A stretch of 64,000 bases of DNA from Methanosarcina sp. (GCA_049706495.1 JBNAKO010000030.1:40-64039); one strand, 5' to 3'. Numbered from the stretch's first letter, positions 18,879-28,734 are shown. The notes: a model not told the origin generated them from the sequence alone. Numbers and translations: made by a program.

Positions 18879-19691
18879 ATGAGATTTGGAGCATCTACCG
18901 ACCTTCGGTTCGGGCAGAATAATATAGAATTCCTGGAAATTCTATATTTCAACGGATTCAGCCATATCGAAATCAGAAAAGATAGCGATCATGTATACGG
19001 ACAGGTAAATCCAAGTACATTGCGAAGAAGCTTATCAAAATACGGGTTCACGGTCTCGTATCATGTTCCCCACAGGGAGTTTAATCTCGCAAGCGTTAAT
19101 GAGGATATAAGGAAATGTTGCGTATCCCAGGTAATAGCTATAGGAGAGTATTTGCATGAAATAGGCCAGGGATGGGTGAATATTCATGCCGGACATGTCC
19201 CGAACAGTTATCATAAAAACGCTATTATTAAGGCTAAATCGAATTGTATGAAGTCCCTTGATGAAATTGCAGAGGCCTTTAAAGCCCTGAATACCGAAAT
19301 CTTTTTAGAAAACGACAGTAAGGAAAACGGATTAATCAAATTTGGGCTTACTCCGGTGCAAATGAAAGGACTTTTGGAAGATTACCCTGAATTTTATATG
19401 ACTTTTGATCTGGGACATTGCCATAATTCAGGATTTCAGCCTTTAAATTTTATTGAGCCTCTAAGGGATAAAATCCGGGCTGCACATTTACATGATAATC
19501 ACGGCATTAAAGATGAACATCTGGCCCTTGGGGAAGGAAATGTTGATTTTGCATCTGCTATAAAGCTCCTTGAAGACTGCTGCGAATATTATATTTTCGA
19601 AATGAGATCGCTTTCAGATATAATAAAAAGCAGAGAATATTTGGAATTAATAAAAAATAAAGAGCATATTGAATCCCTGAAGGTTAAATAA
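18879..19691 (+). CDS. Xylose-isomerase/AP-endonuclease-2-like TIM-barrel metalloenzyme
   Basis: NIHAG, LEND, TFDLGH, AAHLHDN...DEHLALGEG and FEMR metal-ligand pattern. Starts 2 nt after the phnM stop. Confidence 0.88.
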   Translation: MRFGASTDLRFGQNNIEFLEILYFNGFSHIEIRKDSDHVYGQVNPSTLRRSLSKYGFTVSYHVPHREFNLASVNEDIRKCCVSQVIAIGEYLHEIGQGWVNIHAGHVPNSYHKNAIIKAKSNCMKSLDEIAEAFKALNTEIFLENDSKENGLIKFGLTPVQMKGLLEDYPEFYMTFDLGHCHNSGFQPLNFIEPLRDKIRAAHLHDNHGIKDEHLALGEGNVDFASAIKLLEDCCEYYIFEMRSLSDIIKSREYLELIKNKEHIESLKVK

Positions 19692-19948
19692 CTACGATTA
19701 AGGTAAATTAAGTACAATTAAAGGTTAAAAAACCACAATCAATGAGTTTTAACTGGCGCTTTACAAATAAAATATTTTCATGTACATAATAAAGAAATTA
19801 CATTTAAAGAAATTAAAGTATTTTAAAAAATTAGAGTATTTTTCCAGGCTATTTTTTTGGCTAAAATTAGTGAAGGAAATTGAGACCGAAGCAGGTTTTC
19901 AGGTTTTCAATTATTCAACAAAAAAAGGAAAAACAAAGGGGGAAAAGT

Positions 19949-20599
19949 ATGCCAGAAGAAATTAATTTCTTCCCTCAGGCTTTGCAAAAAGAAAATAAGA
20001 AGCTTAACGAAAAACCCACTCTACATCCTTCTTCTCAAATAATTAACTGCAAAATCGGGGCCTGGACAGAAATCGGACCTAATTCGCTTCTTATAGAAAC
20101 TGTATTTGAAGATTACAGTTATGCAGATGGAGATGTCTCAATAATATATTCCGAAATCGGAAAATTCTGTTCAATTGCCTCTCATGTAAGAATAAATCCC
20201 GGAAACCATCCAATGGAACGAGTAACCCAGCATCATTGCACTTATCGCCGCATACAATATGGTTTTGATGAAGTTGACGATGAGAACTTTTTTCAATGGA
20301 GGCGAGAGCATAAATGCATAATCGGGAATGATGTCTGGCTTGGGCATGGGGCTGTTATAATGCCTGGAGTAAAGATCGGGACCGGAGCTGTAGTAGGAAC
20401 AGGTGCAGTTGTCACAAAAGATGTGGCTCCTTATGAAATAGTTGCCGGCGTTCCTGCAAGTCCTATTAGAAAGAGATTTTCCGAGGATATAATTGAAAAA
20501 CTCCTGGAAATAAAATGGTGGGACTGGGATAGAAGAACTCTCAAAACAAGGTTTTTTGATCTGATGGATGTTAATAGTTTTGTCAGGAAATACTACTGA
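19949..20599 (+). CDS. Hexapeptide-repeat (LbH, Xat/CatB-like) acetyltransferase of the type found in phn clusters
   Basis: IGKFCSIASHVRINPGNHPMER, IGNDVWLGHGAVIMPGVKIGTGAVVG and VAGVPASPIRKRF motifs. GGGGG SD before the ATG at 19949. Confidence 0.9.
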   Translation: MPEEINFFPQALQKENKKLNEKPTLHPSSQIINCKIGAWTEIGPNSLLIETVFEDYSYADGDVSIIYSEIGKFCSIASHVRINPGNHPMERVTQHHCTYRRIQYGFDEVDDENFFQWRREHKCIIGNDVWLGHGAVIMPGVKIGTGAVVGTGAVVTKDVAPYEIVAGVPASPIRKRFSEDIIEKLLEIKWWDWDRRTLKTRFFDLMDVNSFVRKYY

Positions 20600-20664
20600 T
20601 ATTTTAGATCTATTAGTAATAATATTTTAGATCTGTTACTACCAATATTTTAGCCCGTTTTTAT

Positions 20665-21075
20665 TCACTTCCCTCTTTGCCCACCCTGTTTTATCTGGGA
20701 TTTTGCATTATTAAGTTTGTAAATGCCTTTCTCCAGCTTTTCGGAAGAATTCAAAAAAACTTCCATGTATTCTGAAAGCACAAGTTTAGATCCTGAGATA
20801 TAATATTTAAGTAAGCTTCTGGTTGTCAATTTATCCATATGTTCGAGGGAAATAATAGCGAGATACATAAGCAAGCGTAATAAAAATACCAAATTAAGAG
20901 CCAGAATTTTAACCCAGGGACTATCTGAGCTAATCGCCATTCCACAAATCCAGTTACAAAATTTAATGGATTGTGCAAGGAGCCTTATTTTGTAAAAATG
21001 CAAGAACAAAGCCAGGACTAAAAGGAAAGTTATGCATTTTACTATAGAAAAAAAATCATACGTTATTAAGTTCAT
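20665..21075 (-). CDS. Hypothetical protein (doubtful; only the C-terminal part may be real)
   Basis: 136-aa ORF with no recognisable motif. Confidence 0.3.
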   Translation of the reverse strand: MNLITYDFFSIVKCITFLLVLALFLHFYKIRLLAQSIKFCNWICGMAISSDSPWVKILALNLVFLLRLLMYLAIISLEHMDKLTTRSLLKYYISGSKLVLSEYMEVFLNSSEKLEKGIYKLNNAKSQIKQGGQRGK

Positions 21076-21564
21076 AAAGGCAATGAACTCTTACTAATTC
21101 TTGATATTTAATTCCTTCTCTTTTAACCTTTTTTTATGGGTTTTTTATGAGTTTGGAATACATTGACAGATGGAAAAGAAAAGCTTATTGAAAGAATTTG
21201 AAAGAATCTAAAAAAATCTAAAAGAATTCGAAAAATCTGAAAGAATAATAAGAATGATGATAGAAGAATTATAAATTAGAAAAGATATAATCAGAGAAGA
21301 TACAAAAGGCCGGAAGGGGTGCATGAGAAATGAGCATTTAAACAGGAAAACTTTCTGCCCCGCACCCCTGGCTGATCTTTGCTTATTTTCCGGAAACCGT
21401 TATCACATTCATACCATCTATCTCTTTGGGAAACAATTAACGGAAAAGTCCGGATCTTGCTTGACATGAGGAAATGGTCTGTCTGTAGACAGTTTACTCT
21501 AGGTAAAACTTCTATTTAATACTTTTCTAAAAAATCGTAATAATATAAATAAGACTTTACCGGG

Positions 21565-22098
21565 TTATTCCTTTAAATTTTCAAGAACCTGCTTTCCCCT
21601 TTCAGTCGGTATAATTGTCAATTCAGCATCTGGAAATTTTCTTTCCAGAGGTTCTGACTCAGCAATCCTGTCCATGGTAATTGCAACGGCTGCAACTTCA
21701 GAATGAGGCTGGCTGCCTACTGCAACATTCCAATCTGCAAGCTGGTAAATTTCAGGGGGAACCTTTTCCGCTCCTACAACTATCATGAGCTTTTCACAGG
21801 TTTTAAGCTCGGAAGTAACTTCAGGTAAATTAACCCCATACATTGATAGATGGCAAACTTTTCCGCCGGCAGCTTTCCATTCTTTAATTTCCTGCTTGAG
21901 ATTGATATTGTTTTTAATATAAAAATCTCCACCCCAGCGGCGCACGACGTCCTCAAGAGTCTGGACTATTCCCGGATCATCAGAAGCAAGGAGCATTCCT
22001 TCGGCACCCAGAAGCCGGGCTGTTAATCCAACATGAGTCGTGATCCTTTTATCTCTTTCAGGACGGTGGCCAAGGCGTAATAAGACAATTTGTTTCAT
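21565..22098 (-). CDS. trm56: tRNA (cytidine56-2'-O)-methyltransferase aTrm56
   Basis: LRLGHRPERDKRITTHVGLTAR, HLSMYG, VVGAEKVP and NVAVGSQPHSEVAA motifs. Confidence 0.96.
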   Translation of the reverse strand: MKQIVLLRLGHRPERDKRITTHVGLTARLLGAEGMLLASDDPGIVQTLEDVVRRWGGDFYIKNNINLKQEIKEWKAAGGKVCHLSMYGVNLPEVTSELKTCEKLMIVVGAEKVPPEIYQLADWNVAVGSQPHSEVAAVAITMDRIAESEPLERKFPDAELTIIPTERGKQVLENLKE

Positions 22099-22355
22099 GT
22101 TTTTGCTAAAAGCCCGGACAAGGTATTAAAGCATTTCATATAATCCCGGCAATCTCTATAAATTAATATAAAAAGAAGAAAATACATAAAAAGAAAAAGA
22201 GTATAAAAAGAGTATAAAAAACGAAAATAGAAAAGAGAGGATAAAATAAGTGAAAAATAGATAAAAAGATAAAAATGAATAAGGGTAAAATGAATAAGGG
22301 TAAAAAGAAAAAGGAAAGAAAAAAATAGAATGAAAAAACAAAATAAAGGAATAAA

Positions 22356-23876
22356 TTACTGGAGCCCGTAAATTCCAGGAATTCTCTTTAAAAGCATGCC
22401 TTCAACTACTATAGGGTTTGTCCTCTGAGCAGTAACTAATGCGGTTTCCAGCTTAAACTCCTTTTCAGCATAGATTGTAAGAATCGAATCGCCTTTCTTA
22501 ACGCCTTCTCCCATTTTCTTGTGGATGGCTACCCCTGCTCCTTTGTCATTAGGAGCTCCCGCAAGTCTGGCAATCTCTATTATCCATTTGTTGTCAAATT
22601 CGATAACATACCCATCCGCCGAGGCAAAAATATCTGCAGTATACTGTCCTGCCTGGATATCATTTGAGGTAATTGTCGCGTCTCCGCCCTGTGCTTCTAT
22701 AATTTGTTTCATTTTTTCCAGGGCTTTGCCGCTTCTGAGGGTTTCCAGGGCAAGTTTCTTTCCCTGATCTCTTGCAGCAGCTCCTCCCATTTCGAGCAGG
22801 ATTCCTGCAAGGGCAGCACTCTTTTCGATAAGGCTATTTGGGCCTTCCATGGTTTCCAGGACCTTCAAAGCTTCCCTAACTTCAAGACAGGGGCCCACTT
22901 TTCTCCCTATAGGGGAAGATCCGTAAGTGATTGCACATTCGACATTCATTCCAAGCCTGTGTCCGAGGTTAATCAGGTCTCTTGAGAGTTTTTGCCCATC
23001 CTGGACAGTAGGGACTTTGGTGCTCGGGCCTACAGGAATGTCTATTACTACATTGTCTGCCCCTATTGCTCCTTTTTTTGCCATAATCGAGGCCAGCATC
23101 TGGTAATAAGGGTCAATCGAGAGAGGATATTCGACCCTGATCAATTTATCATCTGCAGGCGCGATATTTGTGGCCCCACCCCAGACAAGGGCTCCTCCTA
23201 CTTTTTCGGTAATTTCCTTTACTTCTTCGGAGCTGAATTCCACGGGACTGAGAACTTCCATGAGATCTGCAGTTCCACCTGCGCCTGTAATTGCTCTTGA
23301 ACTGGTTTTCGGGATTAAAAGCCCGTTTGCTGCTATAATAGGGACAACCAGAAGAGAAATTTTATTTCCGGGCACTCCACCTATTGAATGTTTGTCCATT
23401 ATTGGATGAGTGTCAAACTCAATTTTGTCACCGCTGTCAATCATAGCTCTAGTGAGCCATTCAACTTCGTCATCAGTCATTCCATGGATGTAAGAGGCAG
23501 TTATAAACGCTGAGAGTTCGATATCGCTGAGGTTCTCCTCTACAATATCATTAACAAGCATTTTAATTTCGTCCTGTACAACAGGTTTCTTGTCCATCAT
23601 TTTCTTGATTACACCTGCAGATTTGGAACGAAATGCAGGGACAACTTCAACTGGCTTATCCCATTCTTTAAAATGCTCAAAAACTTCAACAAAAACGCCC
23701 AGAGTTCCCGGAGGAACCATGTCTTCTGTTGTGTCTACAATCGCAGACAAACTTTCCCTCCCGCGAATTCTTACCCTATCCCCAGGATAAACTCCAAGCT
23801 CTTTTGCATCGGCTATGTTGAACAAGACTTTGTGCTGTCCTATTTTTATATTAAAATGTTGTAGCTTTAACTGCAA
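22356..23876 (-). CDS. deoA: AMP (NMP) phosphorylase, archaeal thymidine-phosphorylase family
   Basis: N-terminal extra domain. DKHSIGGVPGNK, PKTSSRAITGAGGTAD, GGATNIAPADD and ARLAGAPNDKGAG motifs. GGAGG SD before the TTG start. Confidence 0.95.
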   Translation of the reverse strand: MQLKLQHFNIKIGQHKVLFNIADAKELGVYPGDRVRIRGRESLSAIVDTTEDMVPPGTLGVFVEVFEHFKEWDKPVEVVPAFRSKSAGVIKKMMDKKPVVQDEIKMLVNDIVEENLSDIELSAFITASYIHGMTDDEVEWLTRAMIDSGDKIEFDTHPIMDKHSIGGVPGNKISLLVVPIIAANGLLIPKTSSRAITGAGGTADLMEVLSPVEFSSEEVKEITEKVGGALVWGGATNIAPADDKLIRVEYPLSIDPYYQMLASIMAKKGAIGADNVVIDIPVGPSTKVPTVQDGQKLSRDLINLGHRLGMNVECAITYGSSPIGRKVGPCLEVREALKVLETMEGPNSLIEKSAALAGILLEMGGAAARDQGKKLALETLRSGKALEKMKQIIEAQGGDATITSNDIQAGQYTADIFASADGYVIEFDNKWIIEIARLAGAPNDKGAGVAIHKKMGEGVKKGDSILTIYAEKEFKLETALVTAQRTNPIVVEGMLLKRIPGIYGLQ

Positions 23877-24261
23877 AAATAAACGCCTCCAATGAACTAA
23901 ATCGTGAGTATAGATTCTTTCTTCCAGGCCTTTTTTCCGGATTTTGCCTGAATTTAGTTACCTGTTAGTACCTGTTCCCCAAACCTGATGACTATTAAAA
24001 AAGCCAGTATGAATATAGCTTGGAAAACTATATGCGAGTGTTAATTAGAGGTAGAATAATAAGTTTCATTTATCTTAAGTAGTTTTGCAAAAAGAAAGTA
24101 AGAAAGAGATGGTAAAATGTAATAAATCTTTAATAAAGAGATATTATAAAGTACCAATATAAAGATAAAAATAAAAGATAAAATACTAACTTTTATAAAA
24201 AACTTTTTTATAAAGAGAATTAATTTCAGTATTTTAAATTATACCTGAATTATACCTGATT

Positions 24262-24489
24262 TTATTTGTAATATTTTTTTGTCATATTGCGCCTTGAAAT
24301 AGAGACAAGTCCTTTGGCGACCCCTATTGAGACAACTGCAATCAATAGTGTTGTTACAATAACCATTGTCAGATTTTCCTGATCAGCAAATCTGAACATA
24401 AGAAAAAACAAAATTGCGTTTATAACTGCTCCAACGGCTACAAGAGCTATTCCAGGGCCTTTCAAAACATCTTGGGTATTCTTATTCAT
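24262..24489 (-). CDS. Small membrane protein with two TM helices
   Basis: Two hydrophobic segments and a basic C terminus. Confidence 0.65.
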   Translation of the reverse strand: MNKNTQDVLKGPGIALVAVGAVINAILFFLMFRFADQENLTMVIVTTLLIAVVSIGVAKGLVSISRRNMTKKYYK

Positions 24490-24892
24490 CTTCCACAACC
24501 TTCAGAGATTATTTTTCAGAGACTTATGATTATTTATTAAAACGTATGGGTAATTTACCAGTTCAATATGCTGGATTCTAAAAGAAAATGCCTGCTTATA
24601 TTTTTAGGAACAGGTAAAGTTTGCAAGTAGGAAAAATCTACATGAAGCTAAATATTATAAATATTTCTCCAAACAATTGAGATAATTGCATATAAACCTT
24701 AGGTAATTTTGTTCTTAAATACTCAAACAAAATTATATTTCTTTCTATTATAATGGTTGCTGAAGCAAAAAAAGGATGCGATAAAAACTCGAGAAAGGAT
24801 ATTCTGGCGCTCAAATTTTCAGCAAAGCTATGCCTTTTAATAACGTTTTTTAAAATATTGCTCAAGAAAATTTACGCTCAGGAAAATTCATT

Positions 24893-25114
24893 TTAAAGGA
24901 ATTCCAGACAGAGGTCCACATAGTATTCTTTTGCAATAGTTTTAAGCCAGTCAGGAACCAGACCATATCTGTCAATTATAAGTTCATTCAGGTAATAAAG
25001 AGACTCTTCGGTTCTACATTCACAGAGTCTTCGTACAGCAGTTCTCCTGCCCCAGGCAGACCTTTCCTCATCGAGCGCCTCAAGGTAAAGTTCGTATTCT
25101 CTGCTATTCTCCAT
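24893..25114 (-). CDS. Small hypothetical protein (single HEAT-like hairpin)
   Basis: LEALDEERSAWGRRTAVRRLCE...SLYYLNEL pattern with protein-like composition. Confidence 0.6.
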   Translation of the reverse strand: MENSREYELYLEALDEERSAWGRRTAVRRLCECRTEESLYYLNELIIDRYGLVPDWLKTIAKEYYVDLCLEFL

Positions 25115-26221
25115 TATATCAAAATGTGTGACAATCAATATAATTATTTGGATCGAATATAAAAATTAGAACAGATAGCACATAACAGATAGTACATAAT
25201 TCTATATGGGTTTACTTATACTTTCACTCTCCTCTTCATTATTTCTTCATTTTATTATTTTATTGTATCATGTTTTATTATTTCATTTTTCGATTCTTTT
25301 TTGGAAGACTCCGAGCGCAAGGAAATTTAGTCAATTCAACTGAAAGCATCTAAATGAGATTGATAGAACCTAAAAAGGGACAGCCAGAAATGATAGAATG
25401 TTAAAGACATAAAGAAGTAAAAAGAAAAGTGAAAGATGAATCATTTACCAATAAAATAAAACTGGACTAATATATGAACACAGAAGTCTATGGATATAAG
25501 CATATGATTGAGAAATATATGAATAAAAACGCAGAAGCATAAATACTGCAAAGAATAATTTCAACCTATAGAAAATCGAGCAAAGCTAGGTAAAGCCAGG
25601 AAAAACCAGGTAAAAACATGGTAAATAACTTTATTTAAAAATAAGAAGAAAAAAATGCTGAATATAATGAAAGTAATAAGAATTAGATTGGAATTCTCAC
25701 ACAATGATCAGTTGCTGAGAATTCCTGCACAAGTTTTGTTGGTCTTTGTTCGCTATGCTTATTATCTTTAAATCAGCAAAAAAAGATATATAATTACCGG
25801 GATTGAATTTTTAACACTGGAGAGATATTAAACGTTATTGAAACGTTTAATGTAATTAATTATTTTAATCGCGTTGATAATTTTTTTGTCATAATAAATT
25901 ATTTAGAGTGAAATTGCAAAAAATAAAGAAAAAAGAGTTTTACATTTTTTTATTATATTTTACGAGATATTATAATTGTTTTCTACTTCTAAAAAAGTGT
26001 TATATTTTATAGTATGTAAAAAAGAAATTTCTTTTTTGTAAAAGATTAAAAAAGACTAATACGTTGAGTAAATAATAATATGTTGAATATATAGAAAAAA
26101 ATTATTATTAATTAATGCGAACTTATAAAACAAAAATATTAATAAAATATGTAAAAGCGAGAAGGTTACAAGTATGTAACATATAAGTTACATATAAAAT
26201 AACCATGAAGTCACCTAAAGC

Positions 26222-27400
26222 TTATCTTGTACTAATAGCTTTTACAGCATCTAATTTTGCAGCCTGCTGTGCAGGATAAATTCCAGCAATTAAATTGAGC
26301 AAGAATACTGCAAAAATTATTAAAAAAATGTCTGTGCTTCGGATAATAATAGGAATAGTCGTAATTCCACCATAAAGTTCAGAAGAGGCACTAGGTATTT
26401 CATACTGGCCTATTGCAAGAGCTATTATAATTCCAGTCAGGGTTCCTGCAAGAGCTCCAAGCAGGCCAAGAATTCCACTCTGAAGAAGAAAAATGCTCCG
26501 AATACTTGAAATAGTAGCTCCCATTGCCCGAAGCATTCCTATCTGACTTGTGGCGCCAATAACTGATAAATTGAGAGTACTTACTACCCCAAAAGAAGCA
26601 ATGACAACAATAAGGCCAAGTATAACATTGTTGGACGTACTCTCGACTGCAATTGTTCTCAGAATTGCGGGATTGGTTTCTGTCCAGCCCCTGGCTGTAT
26701 AACCTGTTTTTTCAATCTGTGCAGCAATTTCTCGATCCCTGTTAAAATCTGCAAGCCGTACTGAAATTCCATTAACCAGATCAGGGACATCATAGAATTC
26801 CTGAGCTGTAGCCAGCGAGGTGTAAGCAAGTGTTTCATCCAGAGGTGAACCAGTATGAAAAATTCCAATCACCCTGAGCGATAAGGGATTAGCATTGGGA
26901 AAAGATGCTTCAATAGAATCCCCGGGATTAACTTCAAGCTTATCTGCCAGCTTTGAGCCAATTACCACAGTATTTCTGGAAAATTCAAGCTCCCTGAAGT
27001 CCCCTTCTACCATATCGGCTTCAATAGAACTGATATTATTTTCCTGTTCAGGAATTATCCCTCTCAGTTCGACATTTCTCGAGTTGGTTTTAAACTTAAA
27101 TGAGGCTTTTCCTGTAAGAAAAGGAGATGCAGAAGTTACGCCTTCAATATTTAGAATTTCCCCAATCACGGTTCTGTACAGATGAATATAATCTTCTCCT
27201 TCCTGCGGAGTTACGGAAACATGAGGAAGTTTATTTACTGTGGTATTATAAAGCTCGCCGGTAAAACCGACCATCAGGGCCTGCGACACCGTAAGTATCA
27301 TTACTGCGAGAGCTATAGCTCCCACAGACAGAAAAGTCTGAAATTTTCTTGCTTTAATTTGCCTGAGTGCAATAAAAAACTCATAACGCATTAAATTCAC
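26222..27400 (-). CDS. ABC transporter permease, LolC/E-FtsX/MacB family
   Basis: N-terminal TM, large extracytoplasmic domain, and C-terminal IGMLRAMGAT and AGIYPAQQAAKLD motifs. Confidence 0.9.
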   Translation of the reverse strand: MNLMRYEFFIALRQIKARKFQTFLSVGAIALAVMILTVSQALMVGFTGELYNTTVNKLPHVSVTPQEGEDYIHLYRTVIGEILNIEGVTSASPFLTGKASFKFKTNSRNVELRGIIPEQENNISSIEADMVEGDFRELEFSRNTVVIGSKLADKLEVNPGDSIEASFPNANPLSLRVIGIFHTGSPLDETLAYTSLATAQEFYDVPDLVNGISVRLADFNRDREIAAQIEKTGYTARGWTETNPAILRTIAVESTSNNVILGLIVVIASFGVVSTLNLSVIGATSQIGMLRAMGATISSIRSIFLLQSGILGLLGALAGTLTGIIIALAIGQYEIPSASSELYGGITTIPIIIRSTDIFLIIFAVFLLNLIAGIYPAQQAAKLDAVKAISTR

Positions 27401-27564
27401 AGCTTTGATTCTAAAATTAAATTTTAGTTTTAGTTTTAACTTTAATCTTAATTTTAACTTTAACTTAGTTTTTATTCTATTTGATTTTTTTAATTTGATT
27501 AGATTTAATCATATTAAATTAGATGAAATTAAGTTTAATTTAATTTGATCTGATTTGATAAAAT

Positions 27565-28734
27565 TTAATTTTGTTTATCTTTTCTTTTCCGCAGAAAAAC
27601 TGCGATAAAGGCGATGCCTGCGATGCCTGCGATTCCTGCAATTAATGAAAAACCAGGGATACCATTATCCTCCTCTTCAGAGGTTGTATCATTTCTGGAA
27701 TTGTTTATGGCACTTGTATTGGAACCTGGAGAAAGGTCAGACTCAATTATTGTTTCTCTACGCTCAATGATGTCCCCATTGTTTCCCAGCAATTCGATTT
27801 CGAGCTTATAGATACCTTTTGTGAGTCTCTGGCTCCAGGCTACTTCAACGGTTTCATCATCGTCATTTAACAAAACAGGCACCTTTACCTGAGAAGATTC
27901 GATTAAAGAAGGCTTTTCTTGAGAAGAATTTCCTAGTTCGTATACTGAAAACCTTAGAGTTCCTTCAAAAGGAACCTGCGACCGTCCAAAAACAGTTGCG
28001 CTTGCTCCTGTTTCGTCTTCATAAATGTCAGTAATTTCTGCATCTTCAGCAGCAGTAAAATTTTCTGCTGAAGCTATGAATTCTTTTTCAGGAGAGTAAA
28101 CCTGAATCTTTACCCTGCCTGCATATTCCTTATTGTTTTCAAGAAGAGTTCCCCAGTTCGCGGAAAAAACCTCAGGAACGCTTGTAAGGGATTGTTTTTT
28201 AACTTCTTTTAAATATACAACAGTTGAGTTATCTATGAGCATATACTGAATATCAAAAAGAGAAGCTCCCCCTCTGGGAGAGAGTACAATACTGATTTCC
28301 TGAGAATTCGGGACAAGATCATTGACCTGAATCCTCGAAGTAGAGTTACTGCCGTAAACAAAATCATATTCCGCTTCAGAAAGTAATTTTTCCTTTTCAA
28401 GCAACCTTGCTCTGAACGTATAAGCTCCACGTTCAGGGTTTTTGAAGTCCCAGAACCCGACCTTCATCAGACTGGGATTTTCAGAAAAATTTACTGGAAA
28501 AACCTGGCTGGCAAGCAACTTTTCATTTGTTCCTGAGGGTTTGATCAGGAACGCTTCAAGTGTCAGGTCTTCTTCAGGCTGACTGGAATATAAAGTTACA
28601 TCGAAAGATTCGGAATCACTATATAATTCAGTTATCTGAGGTGTACCAGCTTCTTCTGAAGGTGAATTCTCCAGGGCGGAAACCTGAATCATAGATGCAA
28701 AAAGAAAAATAAATAAAAAAAGGGCGGCTTTCAT
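27565..28734 (-). CDS. Secreted surface protein with PGF-CTERM archaeosortase signal
   Basis: N-terminal signal peptide. C-terminal S/T/N-rich linker followed by IPGF, a TM helix and RKRK. Confidence 0.85.
   Translation of the reverse strand: MKAALFLFIFLFASMIQVSALENSPSEEAGTPQITELYSDSESFDVTLYSSQPEEDLTLEAFLIKPSGTNEKLLASQVFPVNFSENPSLMKVGFWDFKNPERGAYTFRARLLEKEKLLSEAEYDFVYGSNSTSRIQVNDLVPNSQEISIVLSPRGGASLFDIQYMLIDNSTVVYLKEVKKQSLTSVPEVFSANWGTLLENNKEYAGRVKIQVYSPEKEFIASAENFTAAEDAEITDIYEDETGASATVFGRSQVPFEGTLRFSVYELGNSSQEKPSLIESSQVKVPVLLNDDDETVEVAWSQRLTKGIYKLEIELLGNNGDIIERRETIIESDLSPGSNTSAINNSRNDTTSEEEDNGIPGFSLIAGIAGIAGIAFIAVFLRKRKDKQN

Noticed and set aside
20600-20660. AATATTTTAG-containing ~24-bp repeat x3 after the phn cluster as a possible att site or island boundary
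   Set aside because: No matching copy was seen at the left side of the cluster and there is no integrase or tRNA. It resembles the slippage repeats found throughout the window.
22150-22350. A-rich tracts with F/Y/I-rich ORFs (also 37600-37750, 39586-39999, 52786-53019, 62548-62772)
   Set aside because: Low-complexity intergenic DNA typical of this genome. The ORFs are compositional artefacts.
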